From Vitrella brassicaformis CCMP3155 (taxonomy: Eukaryota; Protista; Chromerida): DNA of 64,000 bases. The notes below the pieces were generated by a model, which had not been told where the DNA came from, did no database searches, and was given only the letters and a program-made list of their open reading frames with translations. Location: assembly GCA_001179505.1 (NCBI GenBank), contig CDMY01000247.1:1-64000 (forward strand), read 5' to 3'. This document shows positions 35,690 to 46,721 of this stretch, piece after piece. Made by a program: the position numbers and the translations under genes. The first letter of the stretch is position 1. Each line of letters begins with the position of its first letter.

Positions 35690-37107
35690 TTGCTCACAGG
35701 CGCCGACTTCTCCTATGCCATCGGTGACGAAGTGAGCCCCCCGCACAGTGCCATACATCACGCCACACCAGACCAGACCAGAACGTCACTGACACACGTA
35801 CTTGCTGTACCTGCGTCCTGTTCCTGCACAATTCAGAGGTGGCTGGATTTCATGAGCAATGAGTCGGCTTGGCAGGAATATCTCGTGACTAGCTTGAAAG
35901 CAGGGCGTGAGCGAGAGGACGATCAGCGCCCTGACGGCCATGATGGCCCACGACAAAAAGTCGAGACCCACAGCCAAGGAGGTGAGGGGATAAATCCCAC
36001 ACACCACCCCGCCCACCCACCACGACAGATGCACTAACATCTCGTATGCATGGGTGTGTATGTGTGTGTGTGTGTGTGTGTCTGTGTCTTACTTATCCGT
36101 GCACGCACTCGTGCATGCAGCTGCTTATGGATGGCCCTCTCTGTCTGTGTGTTGCCCTCCTGCCTCAGAAGTAGATATCGCAGCGGTTGGCGGACTCATC
36201 AAGGACATGCTCCGCCCGTACACCATTCGGGATGCGTCGAGCAACCTCCAGGTACCACCACCCCCACTCACTCATTCACACTCAGGGAGGGAGGGGGAAC
36301 GTGGAGCGATTGGACGTGTCTTGTGGTGTCTGTCTTCAGGTCAAGTTTTCCATCGACTGTCACCAGTGGGCCAGCGACAGAGGATTCCCTGCCGTGCCGA
36401 AGATCCTCAGCAGAGCGACGGACGAGGTGTGCCACAGCGTGATAATGGAGAAACCTTACATGGATTTGCGCGCATTCATCAAAAAGCGGTAAGACGAGAA
36501 GGCATGTGATTGTGTTGTCGCCCGACATTGATGACTGCGTTTCTCCCTCTGCGTGTGTGTGTCGTCTGTAGCCGAGGGACCCTGCAACTCAGTGAGCCGA
36601 TGGCCGTGTGGATACTGCGCGAGCTCACCGGCCTGCTGATCAACCTCGACGAGCAGTAAGGAGAAGGAGAACACAGACGCCACCGAGAGTCTCGCCACAC
36701 ACCTGTTTTCCTCTGTTTCATTCAGCGGCATCACCCATGGCTCCCTGACGATCGACCGCGTCAGCCTCAAGCCGGTGCAGCGTGCTGACGACGTCGAGTG
36801 AATGATGTGGTGTCGTGTGTGTGGTGTTTGCAGGCAGCAAGGCCAGGCCGGGTCCTTTTGGAGCTCACCTCACCTCCCACCACTCCCTCCCTCCCCTCCC
36901 TCCCCTGGCAGCGCAGCCCTCCCTCCGGCGACGCACGCACCTCCGTCATGTGCACCGGCTGCCGCCGCCGCTGCTGCTGCTGCTGATGGCGGCGTCGGCA
37001 AACACGGCGGCCACCTGAATAACAACCACGGCCACGTACGTAATGGACGACGAGTGGGCGAATTTCACGAAAGAGTTCCACGAGAACGTGGAGCGCAAAG
37101 AGGCTGA
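35690..37107 (+). CDS. Divergent kinase-like (probable pseudokinase) gene; 3' structure unclear
   Basis: FPAVPKILSRATDEVCHSVIMEKPYMDLRAFIKKR|PRDLQLSEPMAVWILRELTGLLINLDE|..GITHGSLTIDRVSLK matches the spacing of kinase subdomains IV-VIb. HRD is replaced by HGS. Confidence 0.5.
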
Positions 37108-38450
37108 GCGGGCCAAGGCGCCCGCCCCGTGGGTCCGCGAGGCACGCTGCCGGCAGAAGAAGCGCAGCGCCATAGCAGCAGCCCGTGAGGAGAGGGCAAA
37201 GGCAGAGCAGCAAAAGGCGGCCGAGAGAGCAGGGAGGGCAGGGATAGGGAGCAGGACGCAAAGGCCAGGCGACGAGAGGACATACGGGACAAACAGGTCA
37301 GTCAGCCACTCACTCAGTCAGTCAGTCGGACAGACAGCCAAGAGGACATACATACATACAGACAGACAAAGGCTCCAGCACCTGGGTGGGCTGGGGCCAT
37401 GTGTGTGTTGAGGTGTGTTTGGACGGTTGGCTGGCTGACTGACCATGTGTGTATGTGCCTGTTTCTTGTGCAGGACGCCATGATTCAACGTTTGGTAGCA
37501 GGCTTTCGGCGCCCCATCGACGCCGACAGCAGGGCCGAACGGGACAGGCTGTATGCCGTGTCCAAGGACCGCCACCGCTCCACCGAAAGCTGCGACGACA
37601 AGGTGGGCAGTAACTTGAGTGGCGACATGGAGTGCCGCGCCGCTCACCATCGAGTGATGGGGCCTGATGGTGACTCATGTCTCTGCTGGCGCATCCAATT
37701 CTGACGTGTGGGTCTGTGCGTTCTTCTCAGGTCTGCCCATCGCTGCCTACATTTTATATTGCGGAGATATTCTTCCTTTGCCCAGCTGCTTGATTGCCAG
37801 CTGACCTGAAGTGCTTCTGCGCACCTGCACCATCCACACGGTGGTGAGATAACTCACCCACACTGGCCACCACCAACGCGCCCACCGAATTGTACGTATA
37901 GCTAGCTGCCAGTGGTGTGCACACCGTGTGCGTGTGTTTGTGACTGCAGATCTGTCGAGAGGGTCTACTCGACCATCCATTCCTACTTTGGGGCACGTGA
38001 GTGGTATGTAGCTTACTCAACACTTGCATGCTCACGTGTGTGTGTCTGTGTGTATTGGTCGCATGTGATGCAATGCAGGGCGGCTTGGCAGTGTTGGCCG
38101 TCATGCAGGGCCGCTTGGCCGTCTTTCCTGCGAGGAAGATGACGACGATGGAGAGGGGGAATGGGTACGCGTACAATGACTGACATGCACACACCCAGGC
38201 ATGGATGTGTGGCAATCAGGCTGGTCACCGGTCACGACATGATTCTGATACACGTACGTATCCTCACGATGTATGTGCATCTGTCTGTGTCGGTGAACGT
38301 GTGTGGTCAGGAGGGCGTCAGTCTCACCCTGAGGCGACATCTCCCGACGGACCCCAGCCTGCCTCGCCATCGCCGCCAACGCACACTAACGGTATGTACA
38401 TATACGCATCCATATCATATCGTTCGCATGTGTATGTGTGTGTGTGTGTA

Positions 38451-39170
38451 GAGAAGGATAAAGAAATCGCACGGCTGAAAGAGCAGATCGAGTCCGTCAA
38501 TAAAGCCCACACAGAGGAGGTCGATCGTCTGAAGTCCGAGCTATCAACACGCACACTACACGCGTCACCACACAGGTTAGCAGGCACATTCACCACCACC
38601 ACCACCTCTTGTGGTGTTGTGTGATGCAGCCGTTGCACTGACGATGGGCTGCCGTCTATGGACATGCCGTCAGTGCGTCAGCTGTTGGCGCAGCTTACCT
38701 CTGAGCAGCTAAGACTGAGCCAACTTGCCATTAGCGACTCACACTACTACTCCAGCAGCGGCAGCAGCGGCAACAGCGGCAGCAGCGGCCAGTGACAGCA
38801 GCTCTGCGCCAGTCGCTCCAGCTGCAGCGGCCATTGTTGGTTCGGGTCAGGTGTGTCTTACGAATCCACCTGACGGAACTCTACACCCGTGCGGACACCG
38901 GGTGAGTACGGTCAGTGAGCGGTTCGTCCGTGGAGTCAATTCTCTTCCTGTTTTTTCAAGGTGTTGTGCGAGGAGTGTTTGGATTGGTGGATGATGTCGC
39001 TACCACTTAGGACAGACGATGCCCAGAACAAACGTAGGCAGGCGAAAACAAGTACATGCCACTCGCGTGAGCAGCGCCTCCTCTGTCTGTCTGTCTGTCT
39101 GTCTGTCAGATGCCGACAGCGATATTTGAGCGCACAACGACACCGCCCAAATCGGCGGTGCGGTGGAGAT
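38451..39170 (+). CDS. Coiled-coil plus degenerate C3HC4 RING protein (partial model)
   Basis: EKDKEIARLKEQIE.. coiled coil, then GQVCLTNPPDGTLHPCGHR|VLCEECLDWW. Confidence 0.5.
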
Positions 39171-39699
39171 TGTAAGTCATTTCATCGTCGCTGCCCATTC
39201 ACTTCTGACACGTGTGTGTGTGTGCGTTCTTATCAGGTCTGCCCCCATCGCTGCCTGCCTTTCATATCTCGTTGCCTGCATTTTCCCCTTTCCTCGGTGC
39301 CTCACTACGCACAGCTGCAGCAGTTTCAATGAGTGGTGCTGTTTGAATATGGAAGAGGCCTAGTGGGCCGCACACCAGGCCGATTTGGAAAGGAGAGGCA
39401 GTTAAAGGCCAAGACCAAGGCGATCGCCGACAAGAACGAGAATTAGCTGCTCACATCATGCATGATGTGTGGTTGCCATTGTGTGTGCCTTTCTTCGCTC
39501 AGACGGCACGGCCAAAACCCGGGTGTGGGTGTGTGGCAACGTGCACGTCAATGCCCTCCCAGTCGACACAGGTACGTACGTCACTGACAGCACAAACAAC
39601 ACATCACCTGACCTCAACCTACCACCACTCCGTGCCCACCTGTTTGCCTTGTGTGCCTTTTGTGTGTCTGTGTGCGTGTGCGCTTTGTTTGTCAGTCGG

Positions 39700-40560
39700 A
39701 GACTTCGTCGAAAAGGCCGTGCTCGATCGCCACATCGCTGCCTACGAGCTCATGAGGAATGACATGAACTCCAAGGTAAAAGAGGTCGGAATCGAGAAGG
39801 AGAGGGAGCTCGAGACGAAGAACAAGGAGATCGCCGACAAGGACGGCCAGATCCGCCAACTCCAGCAGTCAGAGGCCCAGCTGCGCCACCAGATCTGCGC
39901 CATGGAGCAGCACATCGCGGCCCTGCAGCAGCAGATAATGGCAATGCAGCCAGCAATGCAGGTACGCCCCTAAATACACCCATGGACAGTCACATTCGCA
40001 CCACCCTCTTTGTCTGTGTGCCTCTTCATCTGTGTGCGTGCGTATTGTGCGTGTGCTGCCTTGTGTGCAGTACTGGGCTCAAGTTCAGATGGCCCAGCAG
40101 ATGTGGCGGACACAGCAGCAGCAACTGGTGAGTGAGTGAGGCGCGCATATCACTGAAGGACTCACAGGCAGCAGCAGAGCGGAAACGGATGGCCATCCAT
40201 CGTTGTCTGTCCTGTTGTCTTCTGTCCCGTTTTGTTGTTGTCCAGGTGGGTCAGGCGGTGGCGTCTCTCTGAGAATGGCGGCCTGAGGAAGACATGCCGC
40301 AGCCCCCACCTCCGCCGCCATCTACTGCAAGTGCTGCGGCGCCGACGGTCCCCCTGGCGAGCGAGAGTGCGGCATCGGACACGACGACATCGGTGAGCAA
40401 GCACAGAGGCTGGATGACATGCAATGGGATGTGTCTGTCGTTTGCGTGCAGATCGGTTATATCAGATTGCAGCAGCATCAGGCTGGTGCGGAGGGCATGC
40501 CTCAGTGGGTCAGCCGCAGAATGGGACAAATCACGGGTGGAGACACGAAGCCAAGAGAGC
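39700..40560 (+). CDS. Coiled-coil hypothetical protein exons
   Basis: DFVEKAVLDRHIAAYELMRNDMNSKVKEVGIEKERELETKNKEIADKDGQIRQLQQ.. lies between splice signals, followed by Pro-rich exons. Confidence 0.45.
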
Positions 40561-41000
40561 GGGGGAATTGCTGCCTACATTTTATATCTTGGTGTCTCGT
40601 GCTCTTCCTGAGACGTTCGCTGTTGATTTGGTTGCGTCTCGTGTCTCGGTATCGGTGTTTCCCTCTCTTTCTCTCTCCCTCGCGAATTTGACACAAGCAC
40701 TACTGTACATTTGCCAATTTGACATAGATGTCGGTCCACAACGCACGTACCAATGGAGATCAAAAGGGTCCGGCAAGCAGTCTGTAGCCGAACAGCTGCT
40801 ATGTACACGCCAGCAACACACGCCTATTCACACACACGCCACACACACAGACAGACACAGACACACGCACACACACAGACAGACACAGACACACGCACAC
40901 ACACACCAACACCCATCGCTCCTCCCTCCCTCCCTCCCTCCATCCATCCCTCCCTCCCTCCCTCCATCCATCCATTCTATCTGGCCAGCCAGACAGGCGA

Positions 41001-42388
41001 CTAGAGATTTTTCTTGTCGCCCCCGCTGGCATTGCTAATGGAGTTCTCGCTGCTGCCGCCCGACGGGGCAACCACGGTGCTCGCAGACACACTACTGACC
41101 AGGGCCCCTCCTCCCTCCGTCATGAGCTGCCTGAGGGCGGACTGCCGTCTCAGGGCGATGAGTGAGGGAGGGGTGAAGGCCCGGATGGCAAACAGCCCCA
41201 GCAACGCCGAAGAGATGTGCCATATCCTGACAGACAGGATGACAGACAGGATGACATGCTGAGGCTAGTGCGTGTCTGTGTTGGGTGTTGGGTGTTGTGT
41301 GTACCCGTGGTAGACTCTGCCCCAGTCGGTGAATGCGTCGAGGCCCTTGACGAAGAAGTACACCGACGCCAGGAAACTCAACACAAACGGATCTTTGAGA
41401 GACAGACAAAGACAAATAGGAAGGTGAAACCGGCGCCTTCTCGCCTCTTACAGAAGTTCGGCCAGTCGACTTGTGGAGGCTTCCTGCGGTCACACACACT
41501 CATGGACACATCGTTTGTCAGCGATCGACCCATACATGCATCGCTGCGCACCTCCTGCCGAAGACGATCCAGAGCAGGCTGAGCACCGCACTCACACCGA
41601 TGGGAACCAGCGTGTACCTGGGCCAACGACAAACGAGTGGGTGGGCACCTGTTCGAGATCTGCAATGCGGCTGTGGTGCGTACGTGAGGTTCCACGTGTC
41701 GATGCACTGCGCCACGATGGCGAAGCACAGGCCGCTGAGCTTCAGCCCGTCCAGCGTCAGGGGATTCTCCACCTGCACACAGACAAACCGACGCCATCAA
41801 ATGAGGCACGTAGCTATGTGGACCCCCCTCCCTCTCTCTCACCTGTGCCAGGAGGATGAACAGGTTGACGAACGAGCTGATGGCAAACACATTGTCTGCC
41901 ATGTGCCACTGACACATACATCCATCCATCCATCCATCCGTTCGTTCTGTGCTCACCCGCCCCTCGTTGCCTCCGAGGTAAGGGCACTCGAGCTCGTCAT
42001 CTATGGTCTGCAGCACGTGGTACAGGGCCGACGTCACCGTCACACCAATGCCTATCACCGCATCGAAGTGAAGACCCAGCCGATACGACTGGTAGGCCGG
42101 CAGCAGGAAACACACGTTCGTGCAGCCCGTCATGCACAGCTACACCGCAGAGAACAGCACACACACACACACACACACAGATCACCCACCCTCTCTTGTA
42201 TGCGCTGGGTGGCGCACCTGTACAATGAATTCGGTGCCCTTGACCTTCCTCCATGGCTCCACGTACTCGCCGTCAACGAAGATGTAGTGCCGGTGAGGGG
42301 GAGAGGTGCTGCCCGTGAGGAAATAGGCCGTCAGAGAGGCGACTCGCTGCAGGAACACGTTGGTCATGTTGTTGATATTCATCATCAT
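41001..42388 (-). CDS. Multi-pass membrane protein resembling the TMEM8/PGAP6/myomaker branch of the CREST superfamily
   Basis: Hydrophobic exons carry CREST-like motifs in order: LLPAYQSYR..VTVTSALYH, WHMADNVFAISSF, and a late WHIF. Start is MMMNINN at 42388. Confidence 0.65.
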
Positions 42389-42574
42389 GGACGATAAGGG
42401 CTCTGACGGTCAGCGACGGGCAGATCTGACCTACCTCTCCGCGCCCGCCTAGGGTTTGGTAGGGTTGCAGGGTATCAAACCCAGATGATCGAACCTGAAG
42501 CATCGCTCCGAGTATAAGAGCCTTCTGCTGACTGTACGACACTGTGAGAAGGCTGTTTTGTCCAGGATCCATCC

Positions 42575-43450
42575 ATGCTGCAGCCCAACAGGATGGTATC
42601 TGGGTCTTCCCATCCGCCCCTCTTGCCATCACCACGGCTCCCAATGCCCCTCAACGCACCCCTCCATGGTGGGCCGATGCTGGTCCCGCCACCCCCTCCC
42701 CCGCCAAGGCCGCCGGCTGCACACCATGCGCATGCACACCACCGCATCGCATCGCTGATCGAGGTGTGCGTGCACGTCAGCCACGAAACGGGAGATGCAG
42801 ACATCGACCAACACCATGTAAGTGGCCAACGATGAAGGCGATGAAGGCAAGAAAGATGCATGAAGATGCATGATGCTTGGAGTTCATGGGATGGTGTGTG
42901 TGTGTGTGCGTCGTCAGTATTATGTGATGGGCGATGGCAATGATCTGCGGCATTGGGGAAGGGCGGGCACTCTGCGGCTGGATGGGCCGTTCCAGCCGCC
43001 GGAGGCACTCACGGAGAGTGCATTCCGGGGGCACAAAGTGTTCAAACGAATGGTGAGCAGCGATGCATATGCGATGCGAGAGGGCTACCAAAAGTGGTTT
43101 GTTTGTTGTCCCCTCTCTTGGTGATTCAGATCTTGTTGACTGAGTTCCCTCCGCAGGGCATCCTCATGTGGAAGGTGAGGCGGCGTAAAGAAAAGGATCA
43201 GTCCACTGCAGGGCCCTGAACACATGCATCTCTGCAGGTGGTGAAGGTGCCCAAGTCGATGCCGTTGACCGAGCAGTCCCCCGTCCCCCCTCCGCCCATC
43301 TCATCGGCGGAGCTGCCCGACGAACCCATGTTCGGCCACGACTCCATGGCCAGGGATGGCGTCACGTGCAGCGGGCCGCGCATCATCCGCCTAAGGCCCA
43401 CACACGACATCAAGGAGGTCCCACCAATACTCAAAATTCACCCCGTGTAA
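42575..43450 (+). CDS. Hypothetical Pro-rich protein, about 4 exons, divergent from the TMEM8-like gene
   Basis: ..DIDQHH|YYVMGDGNDLRHWGRAG..GYQK|..GILMWK|VVKVPKS..KIHPV* joined by GT-AG introns. Confidence 0.55.
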
Positions 43451-44387
43451 GCACAGGACACCTACACACACACAGACAGACACACAGATGGATGGATCGG
43501 TGTGCGTGTTTGGTTGTGTGTGTGTGTGTGCAGGACTCGTGGGGTGCGTCAGGTAGTGGCTGAGGACGTTGTGTATCCCGTGTACTGCGACCCGATGCTG
43601 CCGCCCCCGCCCACCGCACACGGCAGATCGAGGCAGCCCTCGGCGCACAACGACAGATGAGAGAGAGGATGATTGCGTGGGTAACATGGTTCATGGTTTG
43701 CTGATTGCGTGTCGTGGTGGTGTGCGGCTCGAGTTCTGCCGGTACGTGCGGCGGGGTGCGCGGAACTGGTGGCGGCAGCACCACTGCTCGCCGTCCACAC
43801 GTTCTCGTTCAGACCGGCACGTACCGGTAGAATGGAGATGGTGATACAGACAGACAGACAGACAGAAAGCGTCCGAGAAAGGCATACAGAAGGATCGGTA
43901 ACTGCTGTAACAGTGCTCAGTGCATCTGCGTCCTTTGTTCCTTCGCCACGGCGTTGTCGGCTGTGTGGCTGCCAGCGTGCCCTGCATCGGGCTTTCTGGC
44001 CGTCGCTGAAGAGAGAATGCCGGCCGAAGTCAGATGGGCCGCCAGTCCGCACGAGAAAGCTATTGTGTGACTGTGGTAAGTTAACATAAAGATAGAGAGG
44101 GGCAGGGAGACTGCCTCATGTGTTGCACACTGGTATGGGTGGTCGGGAGGGCGGTGCGTGGGCGGTTATTGGACCTTTTGCTGTTCTGTCCGTGGCGAGG
44201 GGAGACACCACAATGTGCCAGTAATTCGACTCAACTCGAGCACACGTGTCGATCATTGAGTGAGTGAATGAGTGAACGAGTCGAGTCTGTACAACAAGCA
44301 TGGCATCACACAAAATGCGTATACAAACATGGTACTCTCAAGACACAAGTGCTCTAAGTCCGATAATCGACATCAAAGCATAAGACA

Positions 44388-44418
<31 letters not shown>

Positions 44419-44569
44419 GTAGCCGTGTGTGAGGGTGCCCAGACCATGTCGAAGTGAGGGACTTCACATTGGGTTGTGAAACCACTCACTCGGCCTCATC
44501 CCCGGCCACCCACCCACACAGACACACAGATACACAGACACACGGATGCAACGATACACGCAGAGGTCG

Positions 44570-46419
44570 TCATCCCGACACGCCGCCCACGTTCTTGGTC
44601 GCGGCGAACCTGACCCTGTTGTGCCGATTCAGCCGTCGCAAGAACTTCTGCATCCTCGTCTCGCGCCGCTTGCCGCGCTTCATCATGACGCTGGCGTTGG
44701 CCTTGGGCATACAGAGCCCGCCCAGCAGGGGCTTGCCGACCTTCAATCGGTACTTCTCGCCGGCCAGCTCTAACGGGAAGGGGCTCTGTCTCACATACAA
44801 CGAACCTGCACACACACAGAGAGGCACAGAGAGAGACACACAGAAAGAGAGAGAGGGAGAGGGATGTGTACACAACGAGGGAAAAGTGTCTGAGAGTGGC
44901 GTGTAGGCACGATGGACCAAAAGGGAGGGTGGTGTGTGTGGCAGGCAGGCAGAGAGAGAGTGAGTGAGTGCGTCGTATGATATGGTCACATGGTCACATG
45001 ATCACATACATACATGGCTGGTGGCTGTGAGTGGGTCGGGCGGTCAGTCCCATAGCACGAGCTTCCTGAGCTCCTGCTGCGAGATGTATTTCTTGCGCCC
45101 AGGGCCCGTGTTGGGGTTCCTGTGCCGCCCCGCAGCCTCAGCCGGGATGCTCTCACTATCATCACCTCCTCCCCCCTTTCCCTTGTCACCCTTGCCTCTC
45201 TGGTGTTGCCGCCCCTCTGCTGCTGTTGGCGATGGCTTGCCTTGCTGCTGCTTGTGTGGGTGTGGAGCTGTGCGGGAGCGGCCCGGTGCTTGCTGATGCT
45301 GGTGCTCCTCACCTTGGGTGATGGCCCGATTGTCGATGTACTGACGACACACAGACACACAGACGGTCAAAAGGACATGCAAGGAGCTGCGAGGGTCCCG
45401 CCTGTGTGCGTACTTACTTTGGTTTGTATGAGTTCCCATGCGGCTGGGAAGACCTTGGTTTTGACGTCCATGCCGTGATGGGCCTCCATCGGACCTGTGC
45501 ACACACCCATACACAGGGGTTGACGTCCAAGCACAGCACACTTCGATAGTGTCGTCCGCTTACTCAGGACGTATTTGGGAACGTCTGCCTTCTCTGTCGG
45601 CCGACCGATGCCGATGCGAAGTCGGTGATCTGAAGAACAGTGACGGCGATAAATTACTGACGGTCGGGGGCTTTGCGCGGTTCTGCTGCTTACAGTCCTC
45701 GGTGCGTAGTGAATCGGTGATGGACATCAGACCTGCTCATATGCAAAACAGGCCAGACGTGCAGCAGCTCGTGTCTGCGCTGCGCATCTACTCCTATCTA
45801 CCTCTGTGTCCGCTGGCGCTGCCGCCCTCCTTGATGCCAAACCACCCGGGAGGCTTCTCAAGCTCGTCATGCACCACCTGAACACACACACACACACACA
45901 TGGAGTTCGCCCACACACAAGTCCACACGGCCTGCAGCCCAAGTATCGTCTGTTAACTCTCCTCACCAGCAGGCTGTGCGCGTCTGTCTGCAAGTATTTG
46001 AGTATCTTGCTCACACACGATCCGCTCAAGTTCATGGCCGTCCACGGCCTCACCAGCGTCACACGCCAAGGAGGCTGGCCAGAGACCAATCAACCACACC
46101 ACATCACCTGCCATGATTCATTCCGCCGGCCTGTTCTCATGTGTGTCCTCTCACCACGTCAGCAATGGTTGCGAGGCCCGCCGAGATCTTCCGCCACGGC
46201 CCACCGCCATGCTTCTCCCGAACGTAATCCACAAAGGCGAGGCCTGGCAAACGCACAAGAGAGCAGATCTTGGTTCGGAGAAGCCATGTGTGTCAGTTGC
46301 TGACCGACGCTGTGTCTGACGATGCCGAAGGGTCCTCCCTGCGTAACAGGCGATGGATTGCCCAGACCAACGATCACCAGGCCCGCCTTGCCCAGTTTCA
46401 ACGGGCTGCCCTTGCTCAT
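44570..46419 (-). CDS. pth: Peptidyl-tRNA hydrolase (Pth1/PTRH1 type) with a long C-terminal extension
   Basis: VIVGLGNP..RHSVG, LVRPWTAMNLSG, VVHDELEKPPG..GGSASGHRGL, YHRLRIGIGRP..VPKYVL. Further in-phase exons run to a basic C-terminus. An upstream in-frame ATG lies at 46440. Confidence 0.85.
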
Positions 46420-46721
46420 CTGATTCACCACATCAGGCACCGTCCCGTGAGGTTAACAAAACGAACAACAGAAGAGCTGGTCGCTTAGCTCGCAAAATGC
46501 ATGCCGCCCCGCTATTATTGAAACCGAGGGAAAAGCTTGTCTTTCCTCGATTCGAAGCAACTGTTAGCTGAAATAGACAGTGCAAGAGCCATCTGCAGTG
46601 CAGTTTCGTGGCAGCAAACAAGTGCAACGGTCACCGACGCAACAGAGCAACGCCAAACAACGCCCATCTCTCACAGCAACCGGCAGACGCCCAGAGGAGA
46701 TACCACAACCAATCAGCAGCC

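Noticed and set aside
42449-42482. Interstitial telomere or chromosome end
   Set aside because: Only 3-4 degenerate, interrupted units, so it was treated as a possible promoter motif instead.
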